A DNA stretch of 33,635 nt from a virus. The stretch spans positions 1 through 33,635 of IMG/VR virus record IMGVR_UViG_3300045988_112104; one strand, given 5' to 3'. Below, piece by piece: positions 1 through 6,584 of this stretch; position 1 is the stretch's first letter; every line of letters starts with the position of its first letter. The notes below the pieces were generated by a model that was not told the origin of the DNA, searched no databases, and worked only from the letters and a program-made list of their open reading frames with translations. Both the position numbers and the translations under genes were made by a program.

Positions 1-270
1 CAATGCCACGATGACGAAATCAAAAGAATGAATACGCGATTGACGATTGTTGAGGACATGACAAGGGAAATACAAAAAATCAACACGAACATAGAGCTTA
101 TGATACAAAAAATGGATATGCACCACGAGGAACTCAACGAGCAAGGCGAAAGAATCAATGCACTTGAACAAGTACCTAAGATGAGATGGAACGCAGTTGT
201 CCAAGCTATCATATCCGTGTTAATAGGCTCAGGAATGACACTAGTTATTCAAAATATTTTAGTTAGGTAA
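1..270 (+). CDS. XhlA-like lysis-associated membrane protein, C-terminal part (gene wraps the contig ends; true start is ATG 33521)
   Basis: The frame is continuous from ATG 33521 through the 55-bp terminal duplication into 1..270 (109 aa total). It has a coiled-coil-like N-part and a single C-terminal TM (AVVQAIISVLIGSGMTLVIQNIL). It lies directly upstream of holin and endolysin, as XhlA does in PBSX-type cassettes. Confidence 0.55.
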   Translation, partial: QCHDDEIKRMNTRLTIVEDMTREIQKINTNIELMIQKMDMHHEELNEQGERINALEQVPKMRWNAVVQAIISVLIGSGMTLVIQNILVR

Positions 271-271
271 G

Positions 272-297
272 GGTGGAAATAACTCCACCTTTTTTTA
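272..297 (+). terminator. Intrinsic terminator-like hairpin between the XhlA-like gene and the holin
   Basis: GGTGGA (272-277) / TCCACC (284-289) stem with a 6-nt loop, followed by T8 (290-297). Confidence 0.6.
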
Positions 298-322
298 TTT
301 ATTTCAAGATAGGAGGTATAAC

Positions 323-616
323 ATGAATCTTGAATTTATATTAAAACTTATTATGCCACTTGTTCTCGTGGCGTGCTTGATCATCGGATATCTGATGAAA
401 ATGTACTTGCCTTCGGACAACAAGTACATTCCAACAACATTGGCAATCGTGGGTGCGGTGCTGGGGTGCATAAGTACATGGTCAATTACGTTAGAGGTGA
501 TTGTGGGAGGTGCAATTAGCGGCCTTGCAAGTACAGGACTGCATCAAATGTTTAAACAAATATTAAAATTAGATAAAACTGAAGAGGTTAAAAACTTCAA
601 GGACTTGGAGGATTAA
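323..616 (+). CDS. Holin
   Basis: 97 aa with two to three hydrophobic TM segments and a highly charged C-terminus (KLDKTEEVKNFKDLED). SD AGGAGG lies 7 nt upstream. It is immediately followed by the endolysin. Confidence 0.7.
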   Translation: MNLEFILKLIMPLVLVACLIIGYLMKMYLPSDNKYIPTTLAIVGAVLGCISTWSITLEVIVGGAISGLASTGLHQMFKQILKLDKTEEVKNFKDLED

Positions 617-617
617 T

Positions 618-2048
618 ATGTTGCACGGAATTGATATTTCAGGATGGCAAGAGGGTATAGAGCTAGCAAGTGTACCCGCAGATTTTGTAATAATCAAAGG
701 AACAGGCGGTGCTGGATATGTATCGGCAGAATGTGACGGCTTTGTACAGCAAGCAAAGGCCGCAGGAAAACTAATCGGAGTATACCACTTTGCTCGAGAG
801 GTTGGTTTTGGTGGCACTCCTGAAGAGGAAGCACAGTGGTTTGTAGATAACTGCGGTGCATATTTCGATGGCACGGTTATTCCCGTGCTAGACTTTGAGC
901 AGGATGTATATTTGGGCGCAGAATGGGCAAAGGCGTGGCTTGATGAAGTATATAGGCTTATTGGTGTAAAACCTTTATTTTATAGCTATTTAAGCTTCAT
1001 AGAAAGTCACGATTGCAGTGCTATAGCTAACGCAGACTATGGGTTGTGGATAGCCCAGTACGACCACAACAATGCAACAGGATATCTCGAAAAGGCTGCA
1101 CCATATGTGCCATATTGGAGCGTTGTTGCAATGTATCAATATACATCTCATGGATATCTGAGTGGGTACAGCAAAAGACTTGATCTTGATGTCTTTTATG
1201 GTGATGCAGATACATGGTATGCATATGCGAGGAGGCAGGGCGAAAAAGTAACGCAAGTTATTACACCAAAAACTAAGCAAGTCGATATTGGTGCAGAGGT
1301 CATCAAATACGCAGGAGATGACAGATATGCAACATCAGATATAATAGACAAGGAGTTTGCAAAAGCAAATAAGGTGATTGTTTCAGGTAAAAACTTCCCT
1401 GATGGAATAAGCGCAGCATTCCTTGCAAAAGCAAATAAGGCAAACATAGTGCTAGATCATCCTGAACAGTCTTACGGTCTTGAAACATATATTGTTGGAG
1501 GAGACATAATAAATAAGGGTGGAGCAAAAGTAATAAAGGGAGATACTCGATATGACACTAATCTAGAAGTTCTAAAAGAGTGCTTTTCAAAAACAAAATC
1601 AATCATTGTCACCAATGGTAGCGATTGGGCTGATGGCGTATCCACACTTACGACAAATATTCCAGTGCTTATAGTCTCTGAGTTCGTAAAAGCAAATCAG
1701 ATCGTAGAACTAAAAAAACACAATGATTTACACTTCATCATTGTGGGCGATACAGGTGTTGTTAATACTACTGTAGAAAAGCAGCTCGCTGAAATTGGCA
1801 GCATCGAAAGGGTCAAAGGCGCAGATAGATTTGAAACGTCGAGAAAAATTGCAGAGCGTTTCTTCCCGTCAGCTGAAGAGGTTATCGTAGTGGCTTCGTG
1901 GCCCGACGCGATTGTGTCGAGCAATATAGGTGAGCTACCTATACTCCTTATAGGAGAAAATAATACAGCTGAAGCAAGGGCATATATTACATCTCATGGG
2001 GTGAAGAGAGCATATGTTGTTGGGCTTGCTTGTGAGCTTGTTGTATAG
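618..2048 (+). CDS. Endolysin: N-terminal GH25 muramidase plus three C-terminal CWB2 cell-wall-binding repeats
   Basis: GH25-type motifs: GIDISGWQ, IIKGTGG, GVYHFA, D-rich strand LDFEQD. Three repeats carry the CWB2 signature: GDDRYATS.., GDTRYDTN.., GADRFETSRKIAERFFP. Confidence 0.9.
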   Translation: MLHGIDISGWQEGIELASVPADFVIIKGTGGAGYVSAECDGFVQQAKAAGKLIGVYHFAREVGFGGTPEEEAQWFVDNCGAYFDGTVIPVLDFEQDVYLGAEWAKAWLDEVYRLIGVKPLFYSYLSFIESHDCSAIANADYGLWIAQYDHNNATGYLEKAAPYVPYWSVVAMYQYTSHGYLSGYSKRLDLDVFYGDADTWYAYARRQGEKVTQVITPKTKQVDIGAEVIKYAGDDRYATSDIIDKEFAKANKVIVSGKNFPDGISAAFLAKANKANIVLDHPEQSYGLETYIVGGDIINKGGAKVIKGDTRYDTNLEVLKECFSKTKSIIVTNGSDWADGVSTLTTNIPVLIVSEFVKANQIVELKKHNDLHFIIVGDTGVVNTTVEKQLAEIGSIERVKGADRFETSRKIAERFFPSAEEVIVVASWPDAIVSSNIGELPILLIGENNTAEARAYITSHGVKRAYVVGLACELVV

Positions 2049-2060
2049 TAGTTAAATCAA

Positions 2061-2087
2061 GAGGGCGTTTGCCCTCTTTTTTTATTT
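2061..2087 (+). terminator. Intrinsic terminator after the endolysin
   Basis: GAGGGC (2061-2066) GTTT GCCCTC (2071-2076), followed by TTTTTTTATTTTTT. Confidence 0.85.
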
Positions 2088-2111
2088 TTTGTACCTCACT
2101 TTGTACCTCAC
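2088..2111 (+). repeat. Tandem 12-bp direct repeat TTTGTACCTCAC x2; candidate integrase arm-type sites. A third related copy, TTTGTACCACAC, is at 2312-2323.
   Basis: Exact tandem copies at 2088-2099 and 2100-2111. The related copy lies on the other side of the tRNA-derived core, overlapping the int stop codon. Confidence 0.5.
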
Positions 2112-2229
2112 CAAAAGTTTCAAAAAGGTTCAGTTTTGACATAAAATCAGCTTAGATAAGTTCCGATTTTAGGCAAAGAAAAAACCTTGAATGACTGTAA
2201 AATACAGCATTTTCAAGGCTTTTATCTGT

Positions 2230-2278
2230 TGGTGCGTCATCAGGGGTTCGAACCCTGGACACCCTGATTAAGAGTCAG
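2230..2278 (-). other. attP core: 3' 49 nt of a tRNA-Lys(CUU) gene (anticodon stem to CCA), not a complete tRNA
   Basis: The minus strand reads CTGACTCTTAATCAGGGTGTCCAGGGTTCGAACCCCTGATGACGCACCA. This gives an anticodon loop CUCUUAA (CUU), a 5-nt variable loop, a T-arm CAGGG-TTCGAAC-CCCTG, a 3' acceptor strand, discriminator A and CCA. No D-arm or 5' acceptor strand follows. It lies 45 bp from the integrase stop. Confidence 0.8.
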
Positions 2279-2322
2279 TAGTTGTTTGTTGATATTTCAA
2301 CGATATAGCCATTTGTACCACA

Positions 2323-3357
2323 CTATGTACTGCTGTTTATTAATTTAGCTGCGTTTAGAATATCGTTATTGTCCGTATGTGTATAGATATTAGCCGTTAG
2401 GGATATGTCAGAGTGACCCATCAGCTTTTGAGCTGTTCTTATGTCAACACCTTTCTTCGCAAGGTTAGTGCAATAGGTATGTCTAAGGCAATATTGGACT
2501 ATGTCATTTGCGAGTGGGTATGGTGGCACAAGCTTATTGCGATATGTTTTGCAACCTAGAGCAAGATTTAAATCATTTCTAAACTTATACCAAGTGTTTT
2601 TCCCACGGCTTTTATTTATCTTCGTTCCCATTTCTGTAAGGCATATATACCCTTGCAAGCCTTTAAATTCATCATAGAGCCATTTTGGTAAGGGCACTGT
2701 ACGATTTGCACTAGCCGTCTTTGTTCCTCTTATATGGAGCAATGGCACGCCATCTAGCACGGATATATCATCAGCCGTAACATTAAATGCTTCCGATGGG
2801 CGACAACCACAGTATAGCATTAGTAGGTAGCCGTAGTATTTCCGTTTAGTAAGTGCAACCCTCGTTATCAATTCTTGTTCATCTTGGGTTAATGCTCTGC
2901 GTTTTAAAGTTTGTCCTAATGGTTTTTCTAAATGAAGTGTAGGGTTCTTATTGATTAAATCAAGAGCCTTTGCCTTGTCAAACAGAAAACGCATTGCTTG
3001 ATAGACCTTTGATATTTGAGAATTAGACTTGCCCTTTTGAGCGTTCATTACTTGTTGACACATTATTTCATTGATTGTTTTTAGGGGATATGCACCAAGA
3101 ATCGGTAGGATATTTCCTTGAACTGTGTAGGTGAAATCTCTTTTAGTTTTATCGGAGCAATTCACCTTGTAGGTCTCTATGCACTGAGCAGACCACTCAG
3201 TAAGCGTCATAGTCGATTCCGTAAGGATCTTGCCTTGCTCTAGTGCTATTCTCTTTAATTCTCTATTTCTTATAGCTTCAGCTTCCGTTTTGCCGTAAGC
3301 ATAGTACCTCTTACCATTAAAGGTAAAGGCTTTCTGAATATATTCTTTCCTTGCCAT
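2323..3357 (-). CDS. int: Tyrosine recombinase (phage integrase)
   Basis: C-terminal catalytic signature: GCRPSEAF.., CLRHTYCTNL, LMGHSDISLTANIYTH (R..HxxR..Y pattern). N-terminal SAM-like/arm-binding region. Adjacent to the tRNA-derived att core. Confidence 0.9.
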   Translation of the reverse strand: MARKEYIQKAFTFNGKRYYAYGKTEAEAIRNRELKRIALEQGKILTESTMTLTEWSAQCIETYKVNCSDKTKRDFTYTVQGNILPILGAYPLKTINEIMCQQVMNAQKGKSNSQISKVYQAMRFLFDKAKALDLINKNPTLHLEKPLGQTLKRRALTQDEQELITRVALTKRKYYGYLLMLYCGCRPSEAFNVTADDISVLDGVPLLHIRGTKTASANRTVPLPKWLYDEFKGLQGYICLTEMGTKINKSRGKNTWYKFRNDLNLALGCKTYRNKLVPPYPLANDIVQYCLRHTYCTNLAKKGVDIRTAQKLMGHSDISLTANIYTHTDNNDILNAAKLINSST

Positions 3358-3374
3358 TTAAACTCCCTTTTGGG

Positions 3375-3404
3375 GAAATAAAAATCCCCTTTGACTAAAA
3401 GGGG
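3375..3404 (-). terminator. Terminator-like hairpin immediately upstream of the int SD
   Basis: The minus strand reads CCCCTTT-TAGTC-AAAGGGG followed by ATTTTTATTT. It ends about 15 nt before the int SD AAAGGGAG. Confidence 0.5.
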
Positions 3405-3458
3405 TCGCAATGATACAATAAAGCTGATACATCTCGTTGCGTCATTGCAACCTCAGAG

Positions 3459-3494
3459 CCCTCTGCACCCTTTTTATTTGTTTTATGCAGAGGG
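3459..3494 (-). terminator. Hairpin downstream of the KTSC-like gene
   Basis: CCCTCTGCA (3459-3467) / TGCAGAGGG (3486-3494), 9-bp stem with an 18-nt T-rich loop, T-rich flanks on both strands. Confidence 0.4.
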
Positions 3495-3504
3495 TTCTTT
3501 TGTT

Positions 3505-3903
3505 TTAATAATCACTTTCAAAAGTGTTCTTCAAATACTTATTATAAAATTCTAGTGGCGATTTATCATTTATAAACTTTTCAAATACACTTTCAGGAAC
3601 ATCATAGTATATATGTTCTTCCGTCTCATCGTATGTCTTAATTGCTAGCATTTCAGTTTTCTTATTATATGCTACTAACTCAAAATATTGTGGTGGAACT
3701 ACCTCATACATTGAATAGTATTCGCCATCTGATTCAACATCATATGTTTTGCCTGTCCAAGTGGCAGGGGCTCTTGATTCTATAAACTCATTATCTATTA
3801 CTTCCTTTAAAGCGATTATAGAAGCTATAACTAGAATAACAAATATTATAGTAAAGATATATTTTATTATTCTCTCTTTCGTAGTGTTCTTGTCGTGATT
3901 CAT
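3505..3903 (-). CDS. Membrane-anchored KTSC-domain-like protein (lysogeny-module accessory gene)
   Basis: N-terminal TM (IIKYIFTIIFVILVIASIIAL). The C-terminal HIYYDVPESVFEKFINDKSPLEFYNKYLK resembles the KTSC pattern (vYxYxxVPxxvyxxfxxAxSxGxyFnxxI). It lies between the repressor and int. Confidence 0.45.
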   Translation of the reverse strand: MNHDKNTTKERIIKYIFTIIFVILVIASIIALKEVIDNEFIESRAPATWTGKTYDVESDGEYYSMYEVVPPQYFELVAYNKKTEMLAIKTYDETEEHIYYDVPESVFEKFINDKSPLEFYNKYLKNTFESDY

Positions 3904-3911
3904 AATCCCTC

Positions 3912-4547
3912 CTAGAACTTCGCTCTCAATTCTACCACCTTACCTAATATCCTTATAGGCAATTCTTCTATTTCTTGAGGTGAGAATGACCTTGCAGAGT
4001 ATGACGGATTTAGAGGTATTAAATTGATAAAGCCATTATCGAACCTTTTTAGCTTTTTCATTTCTGCTTCATCGTGATTCACCATAGCGATTACTATGTC
4101 TCCACTCTCTGCAGTGCTTTGACAACGCACGATAACTGTATCTCCGTCACTGAATTTCGGCTCCATACAGTCGCCTTGCACCCGAAGAGCCATAAGGTCA
4201 CCCTTAGAAGCCATTTCAGGGGTTACTTCTTCCCAATCCAAAATTTCTTCGATGGCTTCCATAGGATAACCTGCGTGTACCATACCTAGAACAGGTATCT
4301 TCACGGCTTTAACTTCTTTTAACCCTGTGCGTGGTTCTATTAAATCAGACTTTTCTACACCGAAATAATTTGCCATCTTCTCTATACTATCTATTCGTGG
4401 ATATGTTTTACCTTTGACCCAATCTGTAAATGTAGTATATTTCACACCCAAAGCTTCGCACATATCATTTCTTGTTTTTCCAGTTAAGTCCATATAGTAT
4501 TGAATATTTCTAGCCATTATACTTTTGTTTCCTAATTGCGTAGACAT
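3912..4547 (-). CDS. CI/LexA-type repressor (XRE HTH plus S24 peptidase-like domain) with Cys at the nucleophile position
   Basis: N-terminal HTH (KTRNDMCEALGVKYTTFTDWVKGKTYP). Ala-Gly cleavage-type site in VLGMVHAGYP. S24 motif reads GDCMEP instead of GDSMxP. Conserved Lys context AEMKKLKR. SD GGAGG lies 6 nt upstream. Confidence 0.85.
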   Translation of the reverse strand: MSTQLGNKSIMARNIQYYMDLTGKTRNDMCEALGVKYTTFTDWVKGKTYPRIDSIEKMANYFGVEKSDLIEPRTGLKEVKAVKIPVLGMVHAGYPMEAIEEILDWEEVTPEMASKGDLMALRVQGDCMEPKFSDGDTVIVRCQSTAESGDIVIAMVNHDEAEMKKLKRFDNGFINLIPLNPSYSARSFSPQEIEELPIRILGKVVELRAKF

Positions 4548-4571
4548 ATTATACCTCCCATATTTACGCAG

Positions 4572-4600
4572 AGTATATGCTATATCCGTAAATTGTGCAA
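4572..4600 (-). promoter_or_regulatory. Candidate repressor-maintenance promoter (TTGCAC-17-TATACT on the minus strand)
   Basis: The -35 is the reverse complement of 4595-4600 and the -10 is the reverse complement of 4572-4577, with a 17-bp spacer. The spacer and flanks contain TTTACG(G/C) half-sites. Confidence 0.5.
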
Positions 4601-4629
4601 GTGTTTTTTAAATTTTTACGAAAAAACCG

Positions 4630-4658
4630 TTGACATTACGGTTTAACCGTAGTACAAT
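4630..4658 (+). promoter_or_regulatory. Early lytic promoter TTGACA-17-TACAAT with a 15-bp palindromic operator in the spacer
   Basis: TTGACA 4630-4635 and TACAAT 4653-4658. Perfect palindrome TACGGTTTAACCGTA at 4637-4651. An imperfect neighbour TTACGAAAAAACCGTT is at 4616-4631. Confidence 0.75.
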
Positions 4659-4702
4659 AAAGCCATAGCAACAAAGATGAACACTTGAAAGGGGGTGACA
4701 AA

Positions 4703-4897
4703 ATGGGAATCTATACTTTAAAGGCGATAAGGGTTATGAGGGGATATACTCAGGAAGAAGCCGCAAGGCTTATAGGGATTAGTCACGACACACTGTCTAA
4801 CTATGAAAGAGGGAAAAGCTTTCCTGATGTTCCAATCATAAAGAAGATTGAAGAAGTCTATAAAGTAAGTTACAACGACCTTATTTTTTTAGTTTGA
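4703..4897 (+). CDS. Cro-like XRE-family HTH regulator
   Basis: 64 aa from ATG 4703 (SD GGGGGTG 7 nt upstream; the track's TTG 4685 is less likely). HTH: YTQEEAARLIGISHDTLSNYERGKSFP. Divergent from the repressor. Confidence 0.8.
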   Translation: MGIYTLKAIRVMRGYTQEEAARLIGISHDTLSNYERGKSFPDVPIIKKIEEVYKVSYNDLIFLV

Positions 4898-4900
4898 TAT

Positions 4901-4915
4901 TACGGTTTAACCGTA
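4901..4915. promoter_or_regulatory. Second exact copy of the operator palindrome TACGGTTTAACCGTA
   Basis: The 18-nt string ATTACGGTTTAACCGTAG is identical at 4635-4652 and 4899-4916. This copy lies between the cro-like gene and the next gene. Confidence 0.7.
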
Positions 4916-4927
4916 GAAAGGAACACA

Positions 4928-5134
4928 ATGACTAAGCAAGATGTAATACGAGATATTCAAAAGGTTGCTGAGGGTGATGGACTAGCCACTATCACGGAAC
5001 TATCCCAATGGTGGGGAATATCCGTTCAGGCTTTAAGCAGAAAACTACATCACCTACCACGAGGGAACAAAAGGTATTTCATTCCTGATGTAGCAGAATA
5101 CTACATCAATTGTTGCAAGGGGGACGCAAGATGA
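4928..5134 (+). CDS. Small HTH DNA-binding protein, excisionase-like (tentative)
   Basis: 68 aa. ATITELSQWWGISVQALSRKL...KRYFIPDVAEYY resembles the Xis/MerR-type HTH_17 pattern. Position is early in the operon. Confidence 0.35.
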   Translation: MTKQDVIRDIQKVAEGDGLATITELSQWWGISVQALSRKLHHLPRGNKRYFIPDVAEYYINCCKGDAR

Positions 5135-5619
5135 AGATTAAATCAATAATACCGCCGACATTGTTTATTTCTGCAGTGCTTGCACTGAACGGAATAGCGG
5201 CTGCAATTGATACACCTGAACTTTATCAACAGACGGAATACAAGGTTAAAAGCAACGTACAGATTGAGGTTGAGGGAATCTCAAACGAAATGATTGACGA
5301 TATAGCGACGAGAAGTGGCGTAGACCCTAACATCGTTAAGGCAATCATCCAGGAGGAATCAAACGGCAATCCGAACGCAGTGGGCGACGGTGGTGAATCA
5401 ATCGGACTAATGCAGATACAACCAAAGCACCATAAAAAAAGGATGGAAGAATTGGGAATCGTGAGTCTATTTGACCCACAGGAGAATGTCATCTTGGGGT
5501 GCAGTATCTTGTCAGACCTATACGACAAGTACGGAAACTACGAGGACGCACTATCAGTTTATAACAGTGGCAACACTGAGGACGGAAAAGCATACGCAGA
5601 AAGGATATTGAGAAAATGA
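5131..5619 (+). CDS. Secreted or membrane-anchored lytic transglycosylase (SLT domain)
   Basis: ATG 5131 with SD AAGGGGGA and an ATGA overlap with the upstream stop. Signal/TM segment: IIPPTLFISAVLALNGIAAA. SLT motifs: IIQEESNGNP, IGLMQI, SVYNSGN. Confidence 0.8.
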   Translation: MKIKSIIPPTLFISAVLALNGIAAAIDTPELYQQTEYKVKSNVQIEVEGISNEMIDDIATRSGVDPNIVKAIIQEESNGNPNAVGDGGESIGLMQIQPKHHKKRMEELGIVSLFDPQENVILGCSILSDLYDKYGNYEDALSVYNSGNTEDGKAYAERILRK

Positions 5620-5936
5620 AAGGTTATAAAGTTTTTAACGGAGATTGGACTTATAGAGATTGGCTTAATAGTGACGCAAGATACATTTTAAATAACATGC
5701 CGACTGATGAGATTGATTGGGTTTACAGCGAAGATATGACATATGAGGAAATCAAAGAACATCCTGAGCACGAAACAACAGGTGGTTTCTTGAGAACTGT
5801 AGAAAAGTCAAAAGAGCGTCAGACCTGGTGGAATAATCTTGGTGAATACAGAAAGAGGGATGTTAAGGCTATTCCAAACTTTGATGCAGAGATTTTTAAG
5901 AGAATCACAGGGATTGAGGTAGGCGAGGACGAGTAA
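5616..5936 (+). CDS. Hypothetical protein
   Basis: 106 aa, translationally coupled (ATGA overlap with the SLT gene). The C-terminal IPNFDAEIFKRITGIEV motif recurs in Firmicute phage proteins of unknown function. Confidence 0.55.
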   Translation: MKGYKVFNGDWTYRDWLNSDARYILNNMPTDEIDWVYSEDMTYEEIKEHPEHETTGGFLRTVEKSKERQTWWNNLGEYRKRDVKAIPNFDAEIFKRITGIEVGEDE

Positions 5937-6289
5937 TGGCAGACATAAAAAAAGACACTCCGAAGAGCGCCCAAACACAAAAGAATCTTATCATAGAGGA
6001 GCGCCTACTGTCAATTCTAGGAAGTAAGCCTAAGTCTAAAAGCTATCTTGTAGGAATGATAGGAGAAAACGAGCGAACGATAAGACTTGCGATAAGAAGT
6101 TTGCGAGAACAAGGTTATCCGATATGCTCACTGACACACGGCAAAGGCTATTGGATGGGAAGCAAAGAGGATGTAAGGGCGACAGTAAATCAGCTAAGGT
6201 CGAGAGCATATAAGTTGCTCAGAGTAGCTAAGGTAATGGAGGGAATAGACCCTAATCAGATAACGATAGAGGAGATAGCAAATGTATAA
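5936..6289 (+). CDS. Winged-helix-like DNA-binding protein (hypothetical)
   Basis: 117 aa. SYLVGMIGENERTIRLAIRSLREQGYPI resembles a wHTH recognition region. Confidence 0.4.
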   Translation: MADIKKDTPKSAQTQKNLIIEERLLSILGSKPKSKSYLVGMIGENERTIRLAIRSLREQGYPICSLTHGKGYWMGSKEDVRATVNQLRSRAYKLLRVAKVMEGIDPNQITIEEIANV

Positions 6290-6584
6290 ATGGTGCGAAA
6301 GCTGTAATGAAGCCGTCGAGCCTAGACGAACAACAGACTATGCGAGATATGGCGAGTACACAAAAGAGGAAATCGTTCTTACTTGCCCATACTGTGGCAG
6401 AGAACTTTACGACAACGCAGTCAAGTGTGGCTGTGGCGAATATATGAAAGAGGGCGAGGATATGTGCGAAACTTGTTCGAGCGAGATAGACGAAACCCTC
6501 AAAGAAATAGAGGAATGGCTAACAAACAGAGGGCACGATAACCCTAAAGAACTAATAGAGGAGAGGTTGGACAGATGGGATTAA
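6282..6584 (+). CDS. Cys-rich zinc-ribbon protein (hypothetical)
   Basis: CxxC pairs: CESC, CPYC, CGC, CETC. Acidic C-terminus. Overlaps both neighbours. Confidence 0.5.
   Translation: MYKWCESCNEAVEPRRTTDYARYGEYTKEEIVLTCPYCGRELYDNAVKCGCGEYMKEGEDMCETCSSEIDETLKEIEEWLTNRGHDNPKELIEERLDRWD

Noticed and set aside
569-1924. Several 65-101-aa minus-strand ORFs antisense to holin and endolysin (569-874, 990-1280, 1027-1224, 1196-1447, 1303-1527, 1697-1924)
   Set aside because: All are nested antisense to a confidently identified GH25/CWB2 endolysin. They lack SD sequences and have Cys/Ser/Leu-rich compositions typical of non-coding frames.
2225-2310. Complete tRNA gene
   Set aside because: Only the anticodon stem-to-CCA portion is tRNA-like. 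The sequence where the D-arm and 5' acceptor strand should be (reverse complement of 2279-2310) cannot pair with the 3' acceptor strand ATGACGC. It is interpreted as the attP core instead.
4685-4702. TTG-extended starts given in the ORF track (4685, 5110, 9923, 13338, 13750, 18645, 25168)
   Set aside because: In each case a downstream in-frame ATG has a properly spaced SD and/or abuts the upstream stop codon. The shorter models were preferred.
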